Positions 1-7,788 of a stretch of DNA of 30,999 bases are shown one piece after another. Location: positions 1-30,999 of IMG/VR virus record IMGVR_UViG_3300016665_000461. One strand, 5' to 3'. Both the position numbers and the translations under genes were made by a program. Position 1 is the first letter of the stretch. The number at the start of each line of letters is the position of its first letter. Under the pieces are notes generated by a model that saw only the letters and a program-made list of their open reading frames with translations, ran no database searches and had not been told where the DNA came from. Source of the stretch: a virus (lineage: Duplodnaviria > Caudoviricetes).

Positions 1-352
1 TCTTCTTTGCTGGTATAGGTCCGGCTTCGGATCCACCCTTACCACTGAAATACTTTTTGCCACCGATGACTCCTCGAAGAAGCTCAGCTTTTCTTATTGC
101 TCTGGCTGCCTTTGCACTAGTATTACCACGGTCTCTATACCACTGATCCATGTACAGATCGCCCATGAGATCCATTTCTCTACGGGCTTTTCTTCTTAAT
201 AGTTTTCTACCAGCTTTAGTTGTGATTAGTCTTTTCGCCGCTCTACCTTTACGGGCTAAACTTGTTCCGCCTCGACGAACGGCACCAGCAATTGCCTGCC
301 CACCTCTAGAGGCAGCTAATCTTCCAGCAAGAGCTAGTAATGGTCCTGGCAT
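1..352 (-). CDS. 5' part of a virion-associated protein running off the window; positional candidate for tape measure (gp29-like) or ejected protein
   Basis: Not in the ORF track. ATG at 352-350 overlaps the TAA of the upstream ORF (TAATG). The frame is open to position 1: MPGPLLALAGRLAASRGGQAIAGAVRRGGTSLARKGRAAKRLITTKAGRKLLRRKARREMDLMG..., very Arg/Lys/Ala/Gly-rich. Function is inferred from position only. Confidence 0.7.
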   Translation of the reverse strand, partial: MPGPLLALAGRLAASRGGQAIAGAVRRGGTSLARKGRAAKRLITTKAGRKLLRRKARREMDLMGDLYMDQWYRDRGNTSAKAARAIRKAELLRGVIGGKKYFSGKGGSEAGPIPAKK

Positions 353-534
353 TAGATGTTTCTCTTCTCAGCTTCTTCTTTTTGTTTTTCGAGATAAGCC
401 AACAACATTTCGACGTAAATATCACGCTCAAACGGAATCAATTTTTCAATCTCGTCAATAGAGTATTTATGATGCTGAGCCAGAGCGAACACGGTGCTGT
501 AGTAATTCTGGAGAGAATTATGACTCAGCCCCAA
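352..534 (-). CDS. gp51: Short baseplate hub assembly protein ('gp51' of cyanophage-type T4-likes); possibly made as the -1 frameshift extension of gp26
   Basis: LSHNSLQNYYSTVFALAQHHKYSIDEIEKLIPFERDIYVEML matches the NYY..NF.L.QHHKYS..EIE.MIPWERDIYV pattern of this family. It follows gp26, has only a TTG start and no clear SD. Confidence 0.8.
   Translation of the reverse strand: MGLSHNSLQNYYSTVFALAQHHKYSIDEIEKLIPFERDIYVEMLLAYLEKQKEEAEKRNI
464..471 (-). promoter_or_regulatory. Putative T4-type late promoter CATAAATA inside gp51
   Basis: + strand TATTTATG; 1 mismatch to TATAAATA; about 110 nt upstream of the ATG at 352. Confidence 0.55.
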
Positions 535-1235
535 GTAAAAAAATCGCGAAGACTCGTCAGTTCAATTGAACGTTCATTACCAAGAGAATTCTTATACTCA
601 ATCTTGTGGTACATCTTTGGCAGATCGCTGAAGAACTGACGGATCTTATCATAGGTCTCAACATCAAGGTTATCGATGAATGCCTGTACTTCAGCTTCCG
701 GTTCTTCGGCTACGATATAGACATTATCCTCATCATAGATCTTGTCGATGCAGCTACGAACCAGATACTCAACGACATCGGTTCCAGTTGCATTCTCAGG
801 AATGTTATTGATCGTTTGCACCGATGGGTACTTCATAATCATGCCGATCTCGTCATTGATCTTGATCTTGTTCGACTGAGTTTCAGTCTTCTGAATCTCT
901 ACTTCATCCAGATCAATCTCAAATGTGTAGACCTTATCATCCTCAAGATCTCGGTAAGACACCTCGATGACGTTATTCACCGAGCGAGCACGAAGCTTGA
1001 GGAACATGTACTCAAGATCAAACGTCGCCAAAGAATCAACGTCAAAGTCTGCATCAAGAATACAGTTGTTGAGAATCTGCTTGATTGCAAGGATGATGTC
1101 TCTGTCGGTGTCGCTCTGCTGAGCAATCAGAAGAATCTTTTCTTCCTTGACTAGAAACGGACGAAACTTAACTACCTTATCTTGAGATGGTATAGTCATT
1201 TCAAAGATAGGCGTATCAATTTTAGGTAGTGCCAT
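525..1235 (-). CDS. gp26: Baseplate hub subunit/assembly chaperone gp26
   Basis: MALPKIDTP...VKFRPFLVKEEKILLIA...FDLEYMFLKLRARSV...IGMIMKYPS...DFF are typical T4-like gp26 motifs. GGAG SD upstream. Confidence 0.88.
   Translation of the reverse strand: MALPKIDTPIFEMTIPSQDKVVKFRPFLVKEEKILLIAQQSDTDRDIILAIKQILNNCILDADFDVDSLATFDLEYMFLKLRARSVNNVIEVSYRDLEDDKVYTFEIDLDEVEIQKTETQSNKIKINDEIGMIMKYPSVQTINNIPENATGTDVVEYLVRSCIDKIYDEDNVYIVAEEPEAEVQAFIDNLDVETYDKIRQFFSDLPKMYHKIEYKNSLGNERSIELTSLRDFFTWG
537..543 (-). promoter_or_regulatory. Putative -1 programmed frameshift (slippery) site T TTT TTT at the gp26/gp51 junction
   Basis: Minus strand GAT TTT TTT ACT TGG GGC TGA; the -1 frame reads TTT TTT TAC TTG GGG CTG AGT CAT, which is the gp51 frame. 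Confidence 0.6.
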
Positions 1236-1249
1236 TATTTACTCCATAG

Positions 1250-2053
1250 TTAAAAACTGCCACTGGCTCCACCACCACCAGAACTTCCGCCCCCGTAAAA
1301 GACCGTCGGTCCGGTTGTGGTAGAAGGAGCTTGTGTTCTATTCATTTGTGGTGATGTTTGGTTTTGTGGTGCTATATTTCCGCGAGGCGCTTCAGTCTGT
1401 GGAACTGGAGGTCTTGGTGATCTATCAGATCCTTCGGCCAGCGAATAGTCGATGGTGAATTCACGAAAGGTAAATGGAATCATCAACTTCATAAGGCTGT
1501 CAGTGTTTTCCCAGCCAACATCGATCTGATTGATAGCCTTAGGAAATGCTCTTAGCATTGTAACTTTCTGAACTCTTTGGTTGGCCTCGTTGTAGACATT
1601 GAGAACCAGATCCGCTATGTATCTCGACTTATAGCCAACTTCATAGGTTCTAAAGTTGTTCAGCGAAGATCTTGAATCCAATCCCTTCGAGTTATCAAAA
1701 TTGACTATGCACTGCAGCCAGTCATAGAAAAACTTATGAAGGAATGAATTCTTATCCAAAAGAAATGTAAGATTGATCTGATCGTACATCATCGAGTAAG
1801 GGAATGTTTCCATTGGACCATAACCATACTTTGGCTGACCATCAATAGTAGCCAATGACATACCGGGAATAGAAGTTGCCTCGCATCTGATGGCAACCAG
1901 ATCCGTGTCTTTATAGTTAGGTCTCAAATAGTGCGATGACGAAAGGTTTATCCCAACATCAAACTGGTGATTTCGCAGGACGCCGCGATTGTTGATGTCC
2001 GCTCTAAATCTATTGATGTCGAATTTTGTAGCTGACTTTCTAGCCATTGACAT
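1250..2053 (-). CDS. gp54: Baseplate tail-tube initiator (gp54-like, gp19 tube fold) with low-complexity C-terminal tail
   Basis: RCEATSIPG...YDQINLTFLLD...FFYDW...RAFPKAINQIDVGW...LMIPFTFR is a tube-protein pattern; it lies between gp2 and gp26. The start may be the second ATG at 2047. Confidence 0.65.
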   Translation of the reverse strand: MSMARKSATKFDINRFRADINNRGVLRNHQFDVGINLSSSHYLRPNYKDTDLVAIRCEATSIPGMSLATIDGQPKYGYGPMETFPYSMMYDQINLTFLLDKNSFLHKFFYDWLQCIVNFDNSKGLDSRSSLNNFRTYEVGYKSRYIADLVLNVYNEANQRVQKVTMLRAFPKAINQIDVGWENTDSLMKLMIPFTFREFTIDYSLAEGSDRSPRPPVPQTEAPRGNIAPQNQTSPQMNRTQAPSTTTGPTVFYGGGSSGGGGASGSF

Positions 2054-2079
2054 TTCTCTTTGATTGGATTATAATTGCT

Positions 2080-2676
2080 TTAAGCATTAATGATACTTCT
2101 ACTTTGTGCATGTACATAATTTGCAGTTCTCTTTTCAAACCTTGCAATTGGCAGAAAGATAGCAATGTCCCACTCGGACGGATAAATGTACATGAATCGA
2201 GTTGTAACATGCTCGTCCAAGTACATCTTAATACACGGCTTGAAATATCTAAGCTTAGCAACACCGTTCAATAGTCTGTAACTTAGATTGATTCTTGTCG
2301 ACTCATCATATCTGTTGTTAGTTGTGTAGTCATACAGCCCATCCATTAGTTTTGCTCTTAAATTCAGCGGCAAATAGTGGAGATTAAGGCCATAGAATCC
2401 ACCCTTTACTTTTCGGAATGGAAAAATAAGAGGCACTCTATCCCAGTAAGGAAGAGTGTCTTTATGCTTGGCGTCGTACTGGAATATGTACATGTTGCCA
2501 GGCAGAATCTTGTTTGTCAGACGATCGGTATCGTTTCTCATGAGAGTGTTTTCATTAACTCTCTTGATCTGCTTGGCCGCGTTTCTATACCATTCGCGTG
2601 CGTCTTCCGTACGCGCAGGAACCTGTCCTGCTCGAACACCCTTAGTGATGATAGTATCGAATACGTTTGCGGCCAT
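2080..2676 (-). CDS. gp2: DNA end protector protein
   Basis: PGNMYIFQYDAKHKDTLPYWDRVPLIFP...GLNLHYLP...FKPCIKMYL..HV...EWDIAIFLP are gp2 motifs. Confidence 0.92.
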   Translation of the reverse strand: MAANVFDTIITKGVRAGQVPARTEDAREWYRNAAKQIKRVNENTLMRNDTDRLTNKILPGNMYIFQYDAKHKDTLPYWDRVPLIFPFRKVKGGFYGLNLHYLPLNLRAKLMDGLYDYTTNNRYDESTRINLSYRLLNGVAKLRYFKPCIKMYLDEHVTTRFMYIYPSEWDIAIFLPIARFEKRTANYVHAQSRSIINA

Positions 2677-2697
2677 TCTTTCCTCAATCTTACATGA

Positions 2698-2705
2698 TAT
2701 TTATA
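2698..2705 (-). promoter_or_regulatory. T4-type late promoter TATAAATA for gp2 and downstream leftward genes
   Basis: Exact consensus (+ strand TATTTATA) in the gp4-gp2 gap, about 20 nt upstream of the gp2 ATG. Confidence 0.8.
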
Positions 2706-3152
2706 TCAAAACTTAAGACCTAAATGATCTTCGGTAAAGATCAAGAACTTCCAACCACGGTCCTTACAGTACTCGTTTGCCGCCTTCCACTTAGCCTCAT
2801 TGACACCCCATGTGGCGACTTCAGCAATATATCGTTTCGAAGGCTTACCGGTCTGTACTTTAGGCGGAGCTGTTTGAGCCTTTGGCTTGACTTCAATAAG
2901 GACTGTCTCAATTCTTCCGTCACTGTGATTCCTTTTCTTCACGTAAAAATCAACGAAGTACCGATGGATCTTATTATCCAGCGGCGATCTGTATGGAACT
3001 ACTATCTCTTCACTTGACCACTCAAGTACATCGGGATGTTTGTCTAAATCAGACATCAGTTTAAGCTCCCAACGCGAACGATATATTATGTTCGTGGGAT
3101 CCCCTTTGTACTTTTTAGGGTTAAGTGGTCTGAACTTGCCTTTGTACGCCAT
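2706..3152 (-). CDS. gp4: Head completion protein (TnsA-like PD-(D/E)xK nuclease fold)
   Basis: MAYKGKFRPLNPKKYKGDPTNIIYRSRWE...WSSEE...HRYFVDF...IEVKP...NEAKWKAA...GWKFLIFTE are gp4 motifs. Confidence 0.93.
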   Translation of the reverse strand: MAYKGKFRPLNPKKYKGDPTNIIYRSRWELKLMSDLDKHPDVLEWSSEEIVVPYRSPLDNKIHRYFVDFYVKKRNHSDGRIETVLIEVKPKAQTAPPKVQTGKPSKRYIAEVATWGVNEAKWKAANEYCKDRGWKFLIFTEDHLGLKF

Positions 3153-3159
3153 ATAAATA
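3152..3159 (+). promoter_or_regulatory. T4-type late promoter TATAAATA for the rightward baseplate operon
   Basis: Exact consensus about 35 nt upstream of the ATG at 3194; overlaps the gp4 start codon on the other strand. Confidence 0.8.
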
Positions 3160-3193
3160 CTATATATCCCATCTCTGTATAAAGGTTATCTCT

Positions 3194-3580
3194 ATGTCTC
3201 TTGGAAGCTTTGCTAGTAAGTTTGTTAAAACTATAGCTTCTCCGCTCGAAAGTCTGGCCAGTGGAGTGGTCAATAAGATCGTTTCCGGTCTACCAGGTAA
3301 TGCTGGTGGTGTTGCTTCATCGATTACCAAGTCACTATTCGACGTCGGTTCATCGTATGATAGCGTTCAAGCTATCGCCTCGCTCAAGACCGATAACACA
3401 ATCACCAAGGGTTCGGCCGACTACTTTGCAGTCGCTCAAAAGGCGATTGGTCGAGCTTCCGCTGCAGACATTCAAAAGAGAAGAAGAGCCGCGACCAACT
3501 CCAACTTTACTTCGGTTAGCCCTAACGCCAAGATAGCTCAGGCCGAAGCTAATAAAGAGATTATCATCTCTACAATCTAA
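3194..3580 (+). CDS. Hypothetical late protein (Ser/Ala/Gly-rich, amphipathic N-terminus)
   Basis: 128-aa ORF with AAGG SD, directly after a late promoter; fills the gap before gp48. Confidence 0.75.
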   Translation: MSLGSFASKFVKTIASPLESLASGVVNKIVSGLPGNAGGVASSITKSLFDVGSSYDSVQAIASLKTDNTITKGSADYFAVAQKAIGRASAADIQKRRRAATNSNFTSVSPNAKIAQAEANKEIIISTI

Positions 3581-3596
3581 TTTATAAGAGAAAATA

Positions 3597-4757
3597 ATGG
3601 CAGAAAATACGAATGCTCAGACTAAACCGTCTCAATCAAGCACATATGAAAAGCTTGGTCCGTATTACTGTAAGCTGAGCTTTGCAAGATACTCGCGCCA
3701 GAAGCCATTTGATAACGCCACATTCAATAGCCAAAAAGTAATTATTTTGCCGCTTCCATTGGAGTTGATGGATACCACATCGGTTGACTACACCACCAAC
3801 AAACTTGAGGTTGTAGGCGATCTTCTCAATATGAATGCTAGATCCTTTGCTGCTGGTATCGGTCTTCGTATGACAGGAGAACAGTTAAGCCAGGCCGGTG
3901 GCGCCGCCATGGGAGCACTGATGCAAAGACTTGGTGGCGATCCAGATCAAGCATCCAAACTATCTTCTGAAGTATCACGAAGCGTTTTGCAAGCGGATCA
4001 AATTACTAGCGCTCTTCAAGCTCAACTTGGATTGGCACCTAACCCTAACCTGGTCGTAAACTTCCAAGGGCCAAGACTTAGAGAGTTTAGCTTCAGTTGG
4101 ACGTTCTATCCTGAAACGCCAAATGAATCGAGAAATATTAAGAACGCCATCCAAGAAATGAGAAAGAGATCGCTTCCATTCTCTGTTCAGTCCGGATCCA
4201 CAGGTGTTCTTGGCTACCCAGACATGGTCCTAATAAACTTCTACCCATGGGACAATGGCACTGCGGTCAACGGTAACAACTATGGATGGACTGAAAATAG
4301 TATCATTAGAATTAAGAGATGCGTGATCGATCGAGTTTCGGCAAACTACGCACCAAACAACGTTCCAGCGTTCTTTGAAGGTACGACACTTCCAGTAGCA
4401 ATAAGACTTGAGCTGTCTCTAAGAGAAATCGAATATATGATGGCTGAAGACTACATGGTCGGTGAGTATAGAAATGGTGAGTTCGTTGGTGATGAAGCCA
4501 ATGCATTCAGAAATCCAAGTGAAACAGCCATGACTATTGCCGGCGTTGCTGGTGGGGCAATCATCGGCGGATCAGTCGGCGGAACGCCAGGTGCAGTTGT
4601 CGGTGGTGTTGTTGGCGGCGTCGTTACCGCAACACAAAATATCGATCAGGCCGCATCAACTCCAGCTGGTCCTGGTGGAACATCCCAGCCGGCTCAACCA
4701 CAGACAACACCAAACCCAGTGCAAGAAGCAGTGGCTCAACCTAACGGTGGACGATAA
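3597..4757 (+). CDS. gp48: Baseplate tail-tube cap
   Basis: IILPLP..L.D...V.Y, GLAPNPNLVVNFQGPRLREFSFSWTFYP..P.ES..I, LGYPD, RCVIDRVSANYAP, PVAIRLELSLREIE are gp48 motifs; precedes gp53. Confidence 0.82.
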   Translation: MAENTNAQTKPSQSSTYEKLGPYYCKLSFARYSRQKPFDNATFNSQKVIILPLPLELMDTTSVDYTTNKLEVVGDLLNMNARSFAAGIGLRMTGEQLSQAGGAAMGALMQRLGGDPDQASKLSSEVSRSVLQADQITSALQAQLGLAPNPNLVVNFQGPRLREFSFSWTFYPETPNESRNIKNAIQEMRKRSLPFSVQSGSTGVLGYPDMVLINFYPWDNGTAVNGNNYGWTENSIIRIKRCVIDRVSANYAPNNVPAFFEGTTLPVAIRLELSLREIEYMMAEDYMVGEYRNGEFVGDEANAFRNPSETAMTIAGVAGGAIIGGSVGGTPGAVVGGVVGGVVTATQNIDQAASTPAGPGGTSQPAQPQTTPNPVQEAVAQPNGGR

Positions 4758-5611
4758 TGAAGTACTTCGATAAACTTCCGGTCATATCATACAATGGATA
4801 TAGTGTCAGAAATATCATGGCACTGGCAGCTCTTTCGGAGCGTACAAAGTCTGACCAGACCGCCTTTTACCCATACCAGATGAATGACTATGATAGAGTC
4901 GATGCTCTATCACACAAGTACTATGATAACTCCGACTACGCATGGCTCATTTGGATGGCAAACGGAGTTGTTGATCCATACTACGATATGATGATCAGTG
5001 ACTCAGATTTTAATAAGTACATAGAGGCCAAGTATGGTTCTATGGAAGCCGCAGTGGAAAAGATTCTATACTTCAGAACCAATTGGAGAGACGATAACAC
5101 TGAGATTAATACCGCTCAGTTTGAAATGCTTCCAGCAAACGTTAAGAAATACTTTAGCCCGGTACTTGACGTAAATCTTAGAGTTCATTCTTATAAGAGA
5201 AAGGCTAAGGATCTTACGGTATCGACTAATATGATTATCAATATTCAACTGGTTTCAGATGCAACGTTTACAGTTGGAGAGATCATAAAGTCAAATACCG
5301 GAGAAGCTACTGTAACATTCTCAAATCAGTCTACTGTTACATGTCAACATGTGTTTGGCGAATTTCAACCAAGCCAAGAAGTGATCGGTATGACAAGCGG
5401 TGTAACTTCTACGATCAGAACACCACAGGCAAATGAACAATCCGTTACTATCGTCTCAAGAAATATACCTCTAGAAGAGTATCTGTACTGGGAACCGGTT
5501 AATGCTTACGTGTTTGAATACGAAACAAATGAAGATAAGCGCGACATCAAGCTTATTGACAACAGATATAAGCAAACGATTAATAATGAACTGAAAAGAG
5601 TATTTGGTTAA
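4757..5611 (+). CDS. gp53: Baseplate wedge subunit (LysM-like)
   Basis: MKYFDKLP.ISY, DRVDALSHKYYDNSDYAWLIWMAN...DPYYD, YIEAKYGS, AYVFEYETNEDKRDIKLI are gp53 motifs. Confidence 0.88.
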   Translation: MKYFDKLPVISYNGYSVRNIMALAALSERTKSDQTAFYPYQMNDYDRVDALSHKYYDNSDYAWLIWMANGVVDPYYDMMISDSDFNKYIEAKYGSMEAAVEKILYFRTNWRDDNTEINTAQFEMLPANVKKYFSPVLDVNLRVHSYKRKAKDLTVSTNMIINIQLVSDATFTVGEIIKSNTGEATVTFSNQSTVTCQHVFGEFQPSQEVIGMTSGVTSTIRTPQANEQSVTIVSRNIPLEEYLYWEPVNAYVFEYETNEDKRDIKLIDNRYKQTINNELKRVFG

Positions 5612-6963
5612 TGGGTCTTCTCAAAAGAATATTTAAAGACGTACTTGGTGGGCTAGAAAAGTCTCTAGTAAACTCTACGATTAAAATCGGCGGAGACAAG
5701 GGTCCTAGCTCTACTGGAGCAATTCAGGCCGGCGATGTTAACATTGTCAGCCTAGTGATGGTAAGTGAGAATCAACAGAGAGCAATGGATCTTATTGACC
5801 ACGTTAAAGCAATAAGCATCTACGAAAGCATCATGTCGCCGGTGGTAATGGCCGATCTAGAAGTTGCCGATGCTATCGGTATGCTTCAGAACTTTCCAAT
5901 CATTGGTGAAGAGTATGTCAACATCGTGTTCCAAACACCAGACACATCTCTCCCAGCGACATACAACATGAGAGTAAACCGAGTCAAGGACAAGAAAGTC
6001 ACTGACAACTCTCAGATGGTCACTTATGTTCTTGAATGCGTAAGCATGGATCTATTCAAGAACAGTAGCAATATGATTACTCGTCAGTTTGATGCTCCTA
6101 TTTCAGACATCGTCAAAGATATTCTTGAGAATGAGCTTCATACTCAGAAGCCAATGTTTATCGAAGAGACCCGTGGTGTTGAAAAGAGCCTTGTGACTCT
6201 TATGCAGCCATTCAAGGCTATCGACTTCTTTAGAAGAAGAGCCGTTTCCAAAAAGTATGTGTCAAGTTCGTTCGTGTTCTTTGAGAATCGATATGGATAC
6301 AACTTCACCACCATGGAAAAGTTGTTTGAGGATGGATCTAAGTTTATGGAGAAGAGTGATAAGGTCTTCTTCTTCGATCCAACATCTCAGAACTTTAATG
6401 CTGAAAACGTAACATTTAGAAACATCCTGGCATATAACCAGGCGACATTCTTCGATTCGGTATCCAAGATTCAGTCAGGCGGTATCACCAACGTCGTTAA
6501 CCGTTTCGATCTTTTAACCGGCGACATCGTTAAGATCAACTACACTAACAACGAATCGCAGGACAAGTTTAAGCTAGGCGATAAGAGTCCGGTGGCTCTT
6601 AACTCGTCAGGATTCGACTCCACTCATGGTAGAAATCCTGCCGTGTTTAATGTTGTACCATACAACAGCGATAAGCCGGAATCATTCCTACCTGAAAAGC
6701 TTTCGATTCTTCGAGCATTCGTTCAGAGAATAGCTCAGAACATCATACAGATTCATATCTATGGCGATACCGACATATCGGTCGGAGACGTTATCACATG
6801 TTATCTTCCAGCCGCAACCGGTATGACGGATGAACCAGAGAATGCCAGACTCGATTCTGGTAATTACCTGGTGACCAAGGTTAGACATATCATTATCAAT
6901 TCTGACAGACCACAACACACAATTGCATTGGAGCTCGTTAAGGGAGCCTTCTTGGAGAGCTAA
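5611..6963 (+). CDS. Baseplate hub protein (gp27-like)
   Basis: ISIYESIMSP, FPIIGEEYV.I.F.TP, FVFFENRYGYNF, IYGDTDISVGDVI, SGNYLVTKVRH are typical of contractile-tail hub proteins; lies between gp53 and gp5. Confidence 0.72.
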   Translation: MGLLKRIFKDVLGGLEKSLVNSTIKIGGDKGPSSTGAIQAGDVNIVSLVMVSENQQRAMDLIDHVKAISIYESIMSPVVMADLEVADAIGMLQNFPIIGEEYVNIVFQTPDTSLPATYNMRVNRVKDKKVTDNSQMVTYVLECVSMDLFKNSSNMITRQFDAPISDIVKDILENELHTQKPMFIEETRGVEKSLVTLMQPFKAIDFFRRRAVSKKYVSSSFVFFENRYGYNFTTMEKLFEDGSKFMEKSDKVFFFDPTSQNFNAENVTFRNILAYNQATFFDSVSKIQSGGITNVVNRFDLLTGDIVKINYTNNESQDKFKLGDKSPVALNSSGFDSTHGRNPAVFNVVPYNSDKPESFLPEKLSILRAFVQRIAQNIIQIHIYGDTDISVGDVITCYLPAATGMTDEPENARLDSGNYLVTKVRHIIINSDRPQHTIALELVKGAFLES

Positions 6964-6966
6964 ATT

Positions 6967-7779
6967 ATGACTACACAGAAAATCGGTCAGGAAGGATTTC
7001 GTTGGTTCTTTGGAATCGTTGAAGACGTAATCGATCCTATGAGACTTGGACGTATCAGAGTTCGTGTACTGAACGAACATGACGACAACGTTGATACCGA
7101 TCAGCTTCCATGGGCTCAGGTTCTTATGCCTGTAACCAGCGCAAGTCTTGCTGGAGTTGGCTCGACTCCACTTGGTATCGAACGAGGATCCCGTGTCATG
7201 GGATTCTTTGTTGATGGTAACGAGAAACAGATGCCGATGATCCTTGGATCGTTCCATACCATTCCAGGCAACGATCAGTCAAGACATGGTGTCAATCAGT
7301 TAGCCCGTGGTTCGAATACTATTGAAAAGAATCCAATCGGGCCTGAACCATCCGGCGAGTATGGCGGCGAGTATCCATACAACAAAGTCATTCAAACCAG
7401 ATCAGGCAACACGATCGAGATGGATGACACACCAGGCAAGGAAAGACTGCATGTCTATCATAACTCTGGTACATACATAGAGATCAATAGCGAAGGTAGA
7501 GTCATTATTAAGACCGTGACGGATAGCTTCGATATTACGCAGAATAATAAGACAATCTATGCCGGCAAGGACATCGACATCATTGCTGAAGGCAACATCA
7601 CTCTTCAGTCAGCTGGTGGTATCAAGGTAAAGGCACCTGGTGGTATCACAATGACTGAAGGATCGCTTTACTCGGTTGAAGGTATTGGTAGTAAGTCCGG
7701 CGCAACCGACGTATTCTCTACACCAACCGGTCAGACCGTGTACGTTCAAAACGGCATCATTACAAAAGTTACTGGATAA
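6967..7779 (+). CDS. gp5: Baseplate central spike gp5 (OB fold plus short beta-helix; no lysozyme domain)
   Basis: FRWFFGIVEDVIDPMRLGRIRVR...LPWA..LMP...VMGFFVDG...QMPMILGS followed directly by YPYNKV..T.SG...E.DDTPG.ER...YH.SGTY.EI. Confidence 0.88.
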   Translation: MTTQKIGQEGFRWFFGIVEDVIDPMRLGRIRVRVLNEHDDNVDTDQLPWAQVLMPVTSASLAGVGSTPLGIERGSRVMGFFVDGNEKQMPMILGSFHTIPGNDQSRHGVNQLARGSNTIEKNPIGPEPSGEYGGEYPYNKVIQTRSGNTIEMDDTPGKERLHVYHNSGTYIEINSEGRVIIKTVTDSFDITQNNKTIYAGKDIDIIAEGNITLQSAGGIKVKAPGGITMTEGSLYSVEGIGSKSGATDVFSTPTGQTVYVQNGIITKVTG

Positions 7780-7788
7780 GGATATATT

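Noticed and set aside
150-1154. Plus-strand ORFs 150-461, 340-639 and 606-1154
   Set aside because: Antisense shadows of gp26, gp51 and the ORF starting at 352; no recognisable motifs.
2706-3152. gp4 as a transposase or homing endonuclease (TnsA-like motif)
   Set aside because: Sequence and position next to gp2 match the core T4-like head completion protein; no element ends are visible.
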